From the NCBI GenBank assembly GCA_951406725.2, contig OX597816.1, forward strand, positions 108,190,001 to 108,254,000: a stretch of DNA of 64,000 nucleotides. The letters are read 5' to 3'. This document shows positions 26,002-40,128 of this stretch, in pieces. The stretch's first letter is position 1. Every line of letters starts with the position of its first letter. The notes under the pieces are model-generated. The model ran no database searches and had not been told where the DNA came from. It saw only the letters and a program-made list of their open reading frames with translations. Source of the DNA: Octopus vulgaris. Lineage: Eukaryota. A program made the position numbers and the translations under genes.

Positions 26002-26403
26002 TTGGTTCTTTCACTTGTTTCAGTCAATTGACTGCGGCCATGCTGGAGCACCGCCTTTAGTCGAACAAATCGACCTCAGGACTTATTCTTTACTTGTCTA
26101 GTACTTATTCTATTGGTTTCTTTTCCCGAACCGCTAAGATTCGGGGACGTAAATACACCAACATCGGTTATCAAATGATCGTGATGGACAAACACAGACA
26201 CACAAATATATGCATATGTATATATATATAAATCTATAAATAAGACGGGCTTCTTTCGGTTGCCGTCTACCAAATCCACACAAAGCTTTCGTCGGACCGA
26301 GGCTATAGCAGAAGACACTTGCTCAAAGTTCCACGCAGTGTGACTGAACACGGAACCATGTGGTTGAGAAGCAAGTTTCTTACCACACAGGCACTCCTCC
26401 GCC
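26002..26403 (-). mobile_element. Full-length CORE-type tRNA-SINE (OR2-like)
   Basis: Colinear reverse complement of 55758-56152, including the ggcggtgctccagcatggccgcag tail. Confidence 0.9.
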
Positions 26404-26776
26404 TAGTATTTATTCATTGACTGCAAGCAAAAACATACAACGATTAAAACTGATCCACTTGCTCCGAGAAGCCGTCTGGCAACTCTCCAGTGTTGTCATG
26501 CTTTACATAGGACTGTCTACGCTGTAATACGAATATTGTTATAAATATTGTTATTGACTTTTAGTTCAACGTTAACCCACATCATAAAGAACTGTAATCA
26601 AGGGCATACCAACCGTGACTATTCATATTTTTATGCACATTATATTAACTAATATGTCTTTCCTACTTCAATATGATAACATTTTATTGGTGAGAAATTT
26701 GCTTACCATTTGGTTACCATTTCCAGCACATGGAAGCGATTATACAGACACGATTTTGTTAATCGGGTACTTAGAA

Positions 26777-26992
26777 AGTGACGAATTGGCAGAATCGTTA
26801 CCACGCCGGGAAAATTGCTTAGGGGCATATCTTTCGTCTTTTTATGTTCTGAGTTCAAATTCCGCTGAGGTCGAATTTGCTTTTCATCCTTCCGGGGTCG
26901 ATAAAATGAGTACTAATCAGGTAGTAGGGGTTAATGCAATCGACTTTCTCCTCCTGTGAAACTGCGGACTGTGTACCAAAAATTGAAACCAC
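26777..26992 (+). mobile_element. tRNA-SINE of the 5855 family
   Basis: ctgagttcaaattccgctgaggtcgaatttgcttttcatccttccggggtcgataaaatgagtac. Confidence 0.85.
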
Positions 26993-29664
26993 TATTCAGG
27001 TACTAGGATATGAGCTCGTTATGAATTGGATTTTATTGATCCTATTTTTAATAGCTTAGTCATTGGAACAAGAGTAGGATCCATGACTGATGACAAATTA
27101 CAACGCGTGTTACTGTGGTATAAGACAAAACATCTGATTGCTAAATTGGTGATTTCTTCTGAAAATCTGTAATACATTGGATTCTGCCCAAGGCGGCCTA
27201 GGTAGTTGTGTTAAATACTACAGACTCGATGATATGGTGGGAGACACCTTCCCGAGTGCAGCACACATACCGAGGTGAACTTTTTTTTAACACACGGCCT
27301 GTTTGGTACCATTTTATTATACCTTACACCACCAATACTAATTAGTGTAGTATAAACATCGAAAATATTTACAGCTTCTATCTACATTTTTTTCGATAAT
27401 GACAAAGGAAGCCAAAGCCATATTATTCTCTTACAACATACTTTTCCTTTCCATTATAGATTCGGTTCTTATTTGTCAGTTTATGAACTCACAAACTAAG
27501 AATAAAATAGTCATATTTTGAGAGCAATCTGATGCAAGTATTTAAAAGCATCAGCTATGATAATATTTAAGTCTTCTTTTTCAGTATTTTTTCAGCATTT
27601 ATAACCTTTAAAAGATGAAAACTGGTCTATGAATATTATCTATTTGGCAATTATAAATACCGGTTATAAACAGTAGGCTTACATATAGATTTTACGAGAT
27701 GTTTATCAAAGTACTGAGACTGATAAGTAAGGCAGCTCAATTAGTTAGATTAGTCATCAAAAGACTCACGTAGAATAGGTGAGTGTCGATTTCTATAGCA
27801 TCTAGTGGATAAGAGAAATATATCTGTGGTTAGCACGTTAATCAAAGATAGCTATACCTGAGGTTGAAATTAAGTTCGACACAGCAAGCTAATGATTCGC
27901 TGCCCATTCCAACATGCTCTCACTGTCTATAACATTGAATTACATCAGATACAGCATCTAGAAGACATTCTCATGACCATCTAAATGTTTTGTTCCTGAA
28001 GAAACTCAACGGAATACTATAGATAATGTGAGAACCGTTGTCTCCTCGTCTGATTTTCTTATATCATGTCTGTTAGTACTGCATATAAGAATACGAATTA
28101 TTAATAACTTTAAACTAATAAGAAAGGCGGGTTTTAAATAAACACTTCTTTAACTTAAAGAAGATTTGTTAATATCATATCTCTCCTTCTCAGAATACAT
28201 TCTCTTTTATCTGAGTGATTGTTTTTATTCAGATCTGTAGAATACATGTAATTCTTAGAATGAGTTAGGTCCATAATTCTGTTTAAATTTTCGCTTGAAA
28301 CAACTTCATTGCACTTGCTTTCTAATTGCATTGAAAATATGAACATCACAAAATCTCATTTGTTTTCTTTTAGAATGTGAGGTTCTGGTGGCTAAGTAAT
28401 AAGTGTTCATTTTGTTGTATCTGCAAATTGATGGCAGCTTTTGGCTAATAGAAAAGCAAATTTTCTTTACATATATTTTTTTTTAAGACTGAAGTCACTT
28501 TTGAAAAGTACTCAGATATTTCAAAAAAAGATTTTTGTAACGCATTTATTTGATTTCATTCTGACATGTTCGACGTAGCTTATTAAAAATGTGTTGCGTT
28601 TAAAATAGTTACTGATATCACACTTTCTTTTTTATAAATGTTCTTCGATGATAGTTTGTCAGCGTTCAGAAATTCTTCAGAGACAATTCGGTTAACAATG
28701 AGAATTGAAACATTGATAATGTTGTTTTCTGTTGTTGCTACTGCTGCTGCCACTGTGTAAATCCCAGTCAATTTTGTTCGAGCAGGTCTTTGTAACCGAT
28801 ATTGTTGTGTTCATTGTTTAAGTGGGAGTGGCCATAAACAACAACAACGATTACGATGGCTTTCCTAGATCATAACTGACCCTAGGTTACTTGTTAATAA
28901 AAATATCGATTGCTCAAATATTTACTATTTGACAATGAAATCATTTAAGTCATTTCTCGTTTGGATGTTCTAAAATCTCTCTTAATCAAAAGATAAAATT
29001 TCCTAAAAATTATTTTAATAAATTTCTGAAGATTTTCTGGAAATAACATGTGGGGATCTCTTTTCAGAGATTTGAAATTCATTTTTCTAACATGGAGCTT
29101 GCAGAGTATAGTTGAAATGTAACTTACATTGAACAAGCAGTTTGCTACTATTAAAGTATCATATTTACTGTCTTCTTAGGATATCTGCACCAGATGCAAT
29201 TATTTAAAATGTAGATGTTTCCTTGTGTTTAATTGGTTCACTGCTGTATTGCAAGCTTCATTCTGTGTAGCTCATGAAATATTTTCAGTAATACTACAAA
29301 TGTTTTCAGCCATTTGAAAAAAAAGCATACATTCTTCTCGGATCGATAAAAATAACTTCCAGTTATATATATATATATATATATATAAGTCGATTAAACT
29401 GAATGACTTTTCTCTTAGAAAATGATAACCTTGTGGTAAAGTCATAATTTGTAGGACGTCAAAAAATGATACCTGTCGGTATTTACGTTCTGCATTCAAA
29501 TACAATTTGGAATTGACCCTTTACGATCATATTCAAATTCTTCTTCGGCCTAGGGTCGAGTTAATAAACTAATATACTCACCTTCATAGTTGCTAGCCTT
29601 ATCGGATGCTCTAACGATCGCTGGCATTGTCGGATGTTCTAACGATTTAAAGGATAAAAAAAAA

Positions 29665-30340
29665 ACGGATATGGTAAAATCGTTAGAGCATCTGACAAGA
29701 TCATGGCACTATTCTAAGCGTTCTAGGTGCAAATCCAACCGGAATCAACTTCACTTTTCATTCTTTCAGAGTTGATAAGTTAAGAATTTGTCAAAAACAG
29801 AGGTCGATGGTATTGACTATCCTCTCACCACTACTACCGCCATCAAATGCCTAACCTTGGACTATGTTGAACACAATTATTATAAATAGTTCACATTTCC
29901 ACCGAAGTTGACTTTGCCTTTCATCCTTTCGCGATCGGTAAAACAAGTACCAGTTGAGCGATGGGGTCGTTGTAATCGACTCACCTCCTCCCCAAATGTT
30001 TTAAGCATTGTGCCTATAATACAAATATAAGTTCACATCCTGCTAAGGTCAACTTACCCTTTCATCCTCTTCAGGATCGATAAAATACAGTACATGTCAA
30101 AAACTGTCTTCGGTTTAATTTTTAAATATAATCCCCTTCTTCAAATTCCAAGTATTGTGCCTATGTAAAAAAAATACAACTAGTATTCGTTCTATTGTAT
30201 TCTAACTTCAAATACCGCTGAGGTCAACTTTCCTTTTCACCCTCCTGTGGTCAATAAAATAAAGTTCCAATCAAGTACTGGGATCGAAGAAATCGGCTAA
30301 TATCCCCTCCCTTCAAAATTACTGGTTTTGTGCCTAAATC
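29665..30340 (+). repeat. Tandem array of four decayed SINE bodies (about 140-170 bp period)
   Basis: B-box plus aggtc.actt..c.tttca.cc body restarting near 29720, 29889, 30031 and 30201. Confidence 0.75.
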
Positions 30341-30629
30341 ATCATCATCATCATCATCATCATTACTACATTGATTTTGTTGTTGCTACTACCGTTGTTC
30401 ACGAAGATTAGTTCTAAGAGAGTCGATAGAATTCAATTGAAGACAAAAGATATATGTATGTCAAGATTTTATTTAAATATATGAAGACAATGACTGTAAA
30501 CAAAGTCTAGTATCTAATCAAGTACAACATTAAGCTTAACAGTAAACAAAATGAACATCTGATCTCTTGTGGTTTTTTATAATTCATCGACTTTCTATCT
30601 ATCTAGCTACTTATCGATCCGTCTATCTA

Positions 30630-30660
<31 letters not shown>

Positions 30661-30674
30661 GTCTACCTATCTAC

Positions 30675-30705
<31 letters not shown>

Positions 30706-30747
30706 CCTCCAACTTAAAATTTTGTATTCTCCTAATTAAAATTTTCT

Positions 30748-31345
30748 ATCGTGAATATTGTCGCCTCCTTCCTTGAAACGGAAAGGAAGAGCCATTTTCA
30801 TCGTATTTGTGACTATGGCGAAATAATGTGTATGGTGGATGCGTCTGAAAGGTCTAGAGACAAACACTTTCCTCTCTGGTGAATCTCTCATCAGCTTCTT
30901 CAAGTATCACTTCAAGAGGAAGGTTAGAGTAGAGAGGGAAGTTTTGTCTAGTGAATGTTTCAAAAAAAGATGGGCAAATGTAGCAAGGATGGCACGTGTA
31001 ATTGACGAAGCTACCTTGAGCATAATCCTATGAATAAAAAAAAAGGGAAAAAGAGAGTCACTTACTGTAATGCGTTTTTTTTTTCACGACATTATAACCC
31101 GAGGTTACCGTGGTCTTTTCCGTGGGCTTTTCTTTCCGCGAATAAACCTAATCCGTTTCCCCTTTTTACACTATGACATTTCTGTGATACACGATCCCTA
31201 TTGATCGGCGTTTTTTAACGATCCGTTTTGATCGAATTTCTACCCGCCTTTCTTTTTTTTTCTTTTCGTTCTCTTCCTAAAAAGAAAAGCTCTACTTTGT
31301 ATTTTGTCCCCTCTGTGTTCAGCCCTGTGTGGCCAATAAAGAAAC
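30748..31345 (+). mobile_element. L1/Tx1-like LINE 3' fragment (ORF2 C-terminus, 3' UTR, AATAAA)
   Basis: MAK*CVWWMRLKGLE...FKRKVRVEREVLSSECFKKRWANV pattern (AK..IW..R; F...W); 3' end aataaagaaac; paralogue at 59330-59900. Confidence 0.7.
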
Positions 31346-31456
31346 ATATCTACCTCTTTCTTACCCCTTTCCCTATCTATTTTCTTTCCTCTTGTCTAAA
31401 CCTCACTTCTCTTGTGTTCAGTCTTGATCACACTCATACCCTCTCCTCTCTCTCTT

Positions 31457-31501
<45 letters not shown>

Positions 31502-32139
31502 ATTTATACATATATTCATGCATGCGTGCATTCGTACGTATGCACATATGCACACTAATACTCGCTCATACAAGTACATGCATAGATACAGCATTGACGT
31601 CAGGTTTCTTTCAACAGTTAAAAAGTAGTTCATCCGTTGTCTCTAGCATTCATTTGTTCTTAAGATGTCTTATCTACTGTGCTGGGTTTTGAGTTCTAAC
31701 ATATTTGTATTTCCTGCCGAACGAATAACAAACAGTTTCAACAGCATTTCAGTATTTCACGCCTAAAATTGCCTGCATTCTCTGAAATTCTAGGGTTTCA
31801 TGTGCACTGGGATATGACTGGGATACATGAAATTCTGCCAATATAATTTACGTGGAGATTCCACAGATTTACTTGCCCTAGTAGTAATATCAGTTAAATT
31901 GCCTTCAAATCACACTGTAATATCTTGAATAAGGAAATGCTAATCCTACATGATCCTTAAAAAATTTAGTAGTAGCGTAAGGAATGCCTCCTAGTATATC
32001 TGTAATACATCATAGCTAACCTGAGGATAAACATGAACTTCAACACAATGAACAACAGAAATAACAAGAATATCGTCGACAACAACTACCTTATGTCATA
32101 TTGCATACCAGGAGATAACTTGTCTAATACAAACAAAGT

Positions 32140-32780
32140 ATGGGGGATATTCGATTTTACCATTGATAGTCTCGATGGAGCCAATATTTGAATGCTGATG
32201 AGATGAACGAGGTTGGCAGTGGAACAAAGACAACCATCCACTAATACAAAGCAAACGCAAATACTTTTGAGGCGGAAACACTGCTTCAGAGACCCCACCA
32301 AAAGCTGAACTCTCAGTCATCTAGGAGCAGAGAAAGGAAAACATAGTTTCGTTTAACGTACCTTTCAAGATGAATCAATAACTTCCCTATTAGCATTATA
32401 TTACAACAATTCTTTAAGAAAAATGACAACGCCTAATCTTTTTGATACGAAAAATTACATGAGTATGGATACAACCGTAGCGACAGCAGTGATGTAATAG
32501 CTGCAATAAACCAGATTCTTATATAAAACAAGAATCACCTAATGCCCAAACGACACAGGCAACTAAGAAAATGCAACGTCTGTGTAACAAAGAAACGATT
32601 TAATAAAAGCGGTCTTCGTCAACACAAAGACTCTTTCAAGAATTGTTCCCAAATGAGCACAATGACGCTTTCCAAATACATATGGACTATGAAAGGGAAG
32701 ACAGAAAAGACCACTATTTCATAGGAAATGTTTGTCGAGCAAAGATATAAAAGTCTGTTTAATTACTGCGCATTTCAGCT
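32140..32780 (+). mobile_element. Heavily deleted Penelope-like element (RT and GIY-YIG remnants)
   Basis: GIFDFTIDSLDGANI (cf. FDVTMGSxDGAE) and KKRF..RQHKDSFKN...TLSKYIWTMK. Confidence 0.7.
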
Positions 32781-32900
32781 AATGTACCACGTAAACTGAA
32801 AGTCAATGTCTGCCAGCCGTTATAAGTAGAAATGTAAGCAGACCGTAGCATAGAGACACATACAGACATGTGCGCACATACACACTCAACCACATAGACA

Positions 32901-32953
<53 letters not shown>

Positions 32954-34023
32954 TAACACATACACACATATATGTATATCTCTTTCTCTCTCTCTCTCTC
33001 TTTCTCTTTCTCTCTTTCTCACTATATATATATATTAAATATATGTATATATATATATATAGATCATTACATATATATATATACTTGAGTATTAGTGCCT
33101 TGTACGTTTTTGTACATGTTTGAATGTCTGCGCGCATGTTTGAATAGTTTTCTTCCTGTGTCTGCAAGCTTATTGTGTATATGCTAATAATATACATTAA
33201 ACTGTTTCACTGCATTCAATAAAATCATTTCTCACCGGGCCACTGGGTAATGTTATTATTCTGGAAGAATTATTTTCGTTTTTTAAGCCACTGGTTATGA
33301 ATAGCAGACTTTTCACACATAGAGGTCTTCCTGTAGAATAATGTTCATGCTCTACTTCTTCATGTGCTAAATGTCAAAAACTGAGACTGTTCAGCGTATA
33401 ATGGAGACATAAGTACTGAAGCCTACATATATTTAAAAAGTACGTAGGAGAAGAAGGATATAGGTTCAGCATAAAACAACAAATAATAACAACAATAAAT
33501 ACCTAGAAAAAGAAAAGAAAGTCACAATTCTTGATCCATTTGTCGAACTTTTTACGTTGTTGTTGATTTTGAATCACTCTAGGCTTAATGGGAATGCTAT
33601 GTCTTAGAGCAATGACAAGCATCCAATGAAAATAAAATAAAACGAATCTGCCATGATATCTGTTTGACAACATAATCATTTCTATAACTGCATAGAGAAC
33701 TTTAAATTGTTATTCTGAAAAGAACTTCATATCCAAAGGCGCAGGTATGTCTGTGTAGTAAGAAGTTTGCTTCCCGATCACATGGTTTTGGGTTCAGTCC
33801 TAATGCTTCCCAACCAAAAGGTCTTTGGATAAGACTTATTTAACGATAATGAGCAAAACACCTATGGTTCCAAGGATGAATTATTCAAACTCAAAATAAT
33901 TCTTCTCAACACATGGTTATGGTGCTCCACTACTATTCCTGCCCATGATTAGAGATGCACATATCGTCAGCCACTAAGGGACATGCCCATACTGGTTAAG
34001 GTCTAGCAATAGAATATTTAGCG

Positions 34024-34080
<57 letters not shown>

Positions 34081-34094
34081 GCAATACCAGGCAG

Positions 34095-34860
34095 TGTTAA
34101 CATGTCAATGCTATGTGTTTGAGTAAAAGATTGGTTACAGCAAATATGGCTAGGTCCTGGTATTTGCTATTTTTTCTATATATCTCATTTTTTTTTTCAT
34201 CATTTGGGACTGTAAAGCCAATTGTCTGGCACTTTCCATTCTCTTTGTCTACTACTACTAAATCAGGCCTTCTAGCTTCTATTACTCTGTCAGTCTGAAT
34301 GTTGAATTCTCACAACATCTGATATTTCTTACTTTCTAGTATTTTACTAGGTTCGTGTTCATACCATTTATCAATATGGTCAAAATCCTAGCTTTCTACC
34401 TAGTTCTCAGTGGATTACTCTCCATAGGTTGTCATATCATTTTTGTGTACTCTTCCTGGCTACCATGCTATATTCACTTACTATATGAGCAACACTTCCC
34501 TCTTTTGATTTGCATAACCTACATTGGGAATCTACTTGGTGTTTTTGTTTATATTGGCTTTAATGCAAGTAATCCTTAATGCTTGATCTTGTGTTGCTAC
34601 GAACAACTTTTTGTTTCTCTTTTGAGCTTTCCTTTCTGCGACCATAACCATGTCTCACTACTACCATTTGGTACAACTATCTTTGGGAATCTACCATGAA
34701 AGGTCTTCTGTCAGTCAGATAACTTTTGTTCTTTTTTCTGGTTTTTAACTTTGTCTGGCTTTTTGGTTTCCCAATGCCTTGCTGTGACTCTAGTAGCTCT
34801 TAAACTTTCTTCACTATTGCCTACATAGGAGTCTATATCTAGTCTAGCTAACGCCACGAT
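34095..34860 (-). mobile_element. R4/Dong-clade retrotransposon fragment
   Basis: SVAHIVSEYSMVA and EFNIQTDRVIEARRPDLVVVDKENGKCQTIGFTVPND (PD..D RLE motif); (AAT)n on both sides. Confidence 0.85.
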
Positions 34861-36172
34861 TATTATTATTAAATACTTTAGGTGTTGTTACAGGTACTGT
34901 TTTGAGTTTATTTTTGTTATGCTTAATAACGTATAACATCAGTTAAATTTGTTATGAATAGGACATTAAATGAGGGCAGAAAGCCAGCGAATTTGTTGAT
35001 TCGTTAGAGCGCCCGACAAAATCCCTTGTATTTAATTACAGCTCTTTACATTTTGAGTCCAAATCCTACAAAAGCATTCCACCCATGGCCTTCTCAGTTT
35101 TTTTATAGACATTACATGTCTTTGCTTTTCATTTTTTTCAATAAAGTTGCAAACTGGGGGAGATTTAATCGATTAACCCCAATCTCTTCCAAATGTCAGG
35201 CCTTGTACCTGTACTAGAAACCAATATATGATATTATGGAAAGAGGAAATTTGATCTGAGACATATATCTTAAACATTTAGATGATTTGTAATTTTGCTA
35301 TTTTTTCTGCTATCACTGCATTTTCAGTTTGATTATTCTGGTGGTGACGAGAGATGATTCGTGAAGACTTGACTGCAGAGGTTGTCCTTGGGGACGACAA
35401 AAATAAAGATCAATGACGCCTACCTAAATAACAACAACAATAACATCGATATCGATAATTCCTACAAGGCTATAACATGTCAATATTTATTGTAGGAAAG
35501 CTAAATATTTCTAACAACGAACAATTTCAAAACAATCAAATCATCTTAATCAAACCTAGCATCTTAAAAATAAAAGCACGCAAGCACACAATGAATGATG
35601 CAATAAAAAAGACTATGCTCTAACAATAACAACAAATAAATAAAAGCAGAAAACAGATTCTGAATGGAATGTCTCTGTTGATCGGTATGTTCAGTGAGCC
35701 TGACCTGGGTTGAGCTTACATAGCAATAACATCTACAACAGCAATAACAACGCTGGTGTCTTCCAAGTGACCAAAACCATTGATGCAAAATTTAATTGAC
35801 GGAAACTTTGTGAATGGTCATGGGAAGGATCATGACCTTTTATGGGTAACTGACTTAACCCATCGTCCAGCTTAATATCCAGTGCTTCGGTGTCTTTAAT
35901 GGAATTCACTCCCGTCCAAATAATGAATCAATACTCCAGGCTGAGTATACTGCCCTTCTTTCCTCTCATTTGTCACGGAGGCCCTTAAAACTGTAACTGA
36001 CAATTCCTCCTTCCTCTGATTGAATCGTGTTAAATAGAATAGCAAGAGTATCGAAAAACACGACAGCTGGAAAATAGTTCATACATTTACACTAACGTTG
36101 ACTTAACGGATATGACTGAAACTGTAACATAGAAGAAGGTAATACATTTCCCGATGTTGTTGTTACTATTGG

Positions 36173-36208
<36 letters not shown>

Positions 36209-39200
36209 CCTTTAGCCCCGCCCCAGACTAATAGGGACAGAAAAAATCCAGGGCCAAAATCATTCCACTCACGACCTTCCCAATTTCTTCTATGGACATT
36301 GCATATCTAGAATACCTTATGCTATGCCTCATCATCTGCAAGTGCAGACTCTTGGGTAGATCGTGGATGTCCTCCAACAATAGTTCTCGATTCATCTCTA
36401 TATTCTTCTACTGGTCTTAGTAATTACTGCGTTTTCAGTTCACTTATCTCCGTGAATCAATCTTGACTTATTTTATTACGTTCACTTGCTCGGTATTTTT
36501 CACGGTTTGACCAAAACATTTTGCGTTCACCTGCCTTTATAATATCTCAAAAATATCTAAGTTTTTATCTTTCAGGTCTTTCACAAGATTCTTTACAATT
36601 CCAATTTGGTACAACACATACAGAATTTTTTTTCTAGCTGATTCTTAGCATTCAGCACCAACGTTGGAAACTCTCTATCTGATTAATACCCGTTTTTGAA
36701 GAGCCCAACGTTGAAATTCAAACCATGCGAGATAAGATTGTATGCAGTAATATCATCATGGTATTTTGTTTCGAGAGGGATGTTTGTTAAAAGCTGTTTA
36801 AAGAATTAACTGCAATTTCTGTTGTTGCAAATCTATTTATCTCTTTGCTGTCATCACATTGATTTCTGATAATACTTCCATGACAGCAAACCTCATTCAC
36901 CACATTGACAGCTTTATTATAAATTATTATTGAATTATCTTGATGGTCCTGGCATAATCATTAATTCCGTTTTATCAAAATTAATTGATAATCCATATTT
37001 TACACTTTTTCTTTTACTTTGATTTTTCGAATCTTCAATCTTAGATAAGGCTAAGTTATTCAAACTGAACCTACCTATTTAAAACGGTAACATGTTATTT
37101 GAGTGAAATTTTGCTACTATGCTTAGAGTTGAGCGAACGACGTAGGGACTCACTTGTAGGTCTTTGAAGTAAGTAGGAAAAAATAATGAGCTGTAATTTC
37201 TCAACAGATAAGGTGATTCGAAGCACCACGTATGGGGATCTGTGACGACATAGCTTAGGCCATTGGGTAATCTATAACGTACATTGAGAAGTATCGTACA
37301 TGATTTTAAGACCGTTTCCTGAGGGTTCAAAATAATTTTGAACTCGACGATGGCACGAATTTACTTGTATTAAAGTAACTATTTGGTAGTGGAAGCCTCT
37401 TTTCTTATTGTAGGTAACATGGGAGTGACTACTGTTAAACAGTTATCACATGTCACATAATCCCAAAGCCTTATTACTATCTAATGTCCAAGTAGACCGG
37501 AAAGATTTGGAACCGTGGACTAGAAGGGTTTCTTATTGTCTTTTCCATACTCACACCATAACTCAATATCAGCACCGTGAATTAATAAATCACTCAATAA
37601 TTGTATAACAATTAGTAAATCAGGGTTGAGTCTCTTGACCGTTGACATAGCACGGTGTTGTCAGAATATGAATCAACAATACTTCTCTTGTTTGTCTAAT
37701 ACCTTATTGTCTCAAACCAATCGAGGCTACGTGTTTGTGTATACTAATAGACGTAAAGGAGTTCTTTGACTATTACATAGAAACTTATTTAACGGCTATT
37801 AAACAGAAGTTTCTTTAATGGAAATCGATTAATTGTTTCAACATTGCTAACCACCAAACAACACTGAAAAGGAATATATTGTTTGGTCGTCTTGGATATA
37901 GCTAAATTAGTTAAGAAATTTGTCTTGCGATACCTCTGTGTCAAGTTCGTTCCCACTTCGTAGCACAGTGGGTAAATGTCTTCTAGCTTAGCCTCGAGTC
38001 AATTCAACCCTTGCGAATAAAATAGTGTAGATAAAAACTGTTAAATTCCATTGGATGGAGTGTAGTTCTGACTAAATAAGGCAGTTTTTGTCATCCAACG
38101 TGCTACACTTAGAATGCCTTTAAAGATTGCATTAAGGGTATAATATATAGTTAATTAGTTAAGTAACATACTTAGTTTAGTTTAGCTAAAATGTTTTAAT
38201 CAGGGATTAAACAACAACCGAGGTGTGGAGAGAAGCTAATCTTTGTTAAGGCAACAGCTTTGGGCATGCATCGGTCTATGACATAAACCACATTATAATA
38301 TGTTACTCCGTCATCTGAAATAGTCATCGTCGAAGCTGATACAATGTTCATATACTGTGTCAAGAACCTTTCTCTCTCTCACACTCTATGAAATTAATAA
38401 ATACTAGTTTTTTTGTAATTGAGCCGATGATGGAATATATCCTACCACCAAAATGTGAGTGTGCCCCATGGCCAATGGAATTAACTCATAGTACTCCAGA
38501 ATACCTAGATTCTGATAAATATCATTGGATGGGTACAGATGGGTACAGCTGTTTTTATGTAAGTCGAGCGGCTAGCTATTCATTGATGTGTTTACTTCTC
38601 GTATTAATGTTGGTGTTATTTGGCATCGGTTCGACCCTGATCGAAAGAACGTACAAGAAATGACTTTACAGAATGACCAACCCTCCTTTTTGTGAGCGAT
38701 GTAGATCCACGACCCCTTTGTAATACAGTAGCGTATGACTTGAACGGTAATTGACTGTTGTTGCTACTAGCCCAGGAGTCCTAAGTGCTTCAGTGGGAAC
38801 GTTAAGTCAGCCCTTTTTTCTCATTCTTGTTGGTCTTTAGTGGTGCTGAAAGGATTGCTATGGTTGCGATGTGACATTTTTTTTTTGGCGCCTTTGCGAA
38901 TGAAAGGAAGAAATAGAGAGGTGTAATCAACCTTACTAGTTGAGTGTTAATTTATTTAGTGTAGTCATAGTGTGAACGAACGGTTGTGAGTTCGCTTCAT
39001 ATTCACGAGAATCTGTGTTTGATTGTTTTGTATGGATGTTTGTCAAGCTTTGTTCTTCATAGTCTTGGATCGAGCCATATATTCTGAGTGAAGTTACGTA
39101 AACGAACACTGTTTGGAAGCCTTGTCACTCATTTTGTAACACCGTTTCTGCCTGAGAATTACGTTACGAATATATGTATCTGTTGAATATTAATCCAACG

Positions 39201-39264
39201 ATCAATTAATTCAGTTGACCAAACAACTGAATTCGCATCATTGACAGAGTCCGTCCATCTACTG

Positions 39265-39575
39265 TATTTAAGGACCTCGATGGAATAAAAGGAAAAGTTA
39301 ACCTCGGTGGAATATCAACTCCGACCGCCAGAACGAATACTGTAAATCATTCTATCCGTGCCAGGCTGCATGATTTTAAATTGCTTCTGATTTAGGCACA
39401 AGACAGTAGTTTTGAGGGGAGTTGATTAGGCAAGTATTTCATTTTGACGAATCCCAAAGGTTGAAAGACAAAGTTGACTTCGACAGAATTGGAACTCAGT
39501 ACGTAATGGACCGGGACAAACGGCGTAAAGCACTGTTTCCGATGCTTTAACAATTCTGACATATCGTCGCCTTTA
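39265..39575 (-). mobile_element. Two decayed tRNA-SINE copies of the 5855 family
   Basis: aaagttgacttcgacagaattggaactcag and aaaagttaacctcggtggaat are reverse complements of the SINE body. Confidence 0.65.
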
Positions 39576-39879
39576 TTAAATGAAACTTATTATGATCAAG
39601 AATGCGATACTAAATTAATACATTGACAAACTTTTGTGTTGTTTCTCTCGTTTAGTCTTTTGTCTGTGATGATCGAATATATCATTCTAGAAAAATCGAG
39701 GCATTCCGTACATACGATAATATTATTCAGCATATCATTTATAGGGTTGTAGATTGTTGTTCTAATGACATTTGGCCGTTATTTTTAGTTGGTCAAGCTA
39801 CCTCGTACTGTATTTTCATGTTTTTAACCTATAGTCTTTATAGAAACTGCTATTATTGCTTCTTATCTTCTTGTGCTTC

Positions 39880-40128
39880 TGGGTTGGTGCATAATTATTA
39901 CGGCTTTTTTTTCAACAAATTTTATTCAACAAAAACAATAACATATAACAAAAACATCTTAAAATGATTATTCCGGAGCATATTCACCATCTATTTCAAT
40001 TACTGTTTCCCATTTGCTTGGCAGACGGTCAGACCGTCATTTAAAGATGTTTTTCTTAAATATTGTTATTGTTTTTGTTGAATAAAATTTGTTGAAAAAG
40101 GCCGCCGCAATTATGCACCAAACCAATA
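39880..40128. mobile_element. mariner-derived fold-back element with about 88-bp inverted arms
   Basis: TIR gggttggtgcataattatt.cggc (Hsmar1-like) at both ends; spacer on minus strand encodes RLPSKWETVIEIDGEYAPE* (mariner C-terminus); TA at right end. Confidence 0.88.

Noticed and set aside
38388-38663. 91-aa ORF with a hydrophobic C-terminus and an internal GTGAGT donor-like site
   Set aside because: No recognisable homology, weak acceptor context, and its 3' end overlaps an old dispersed repeat
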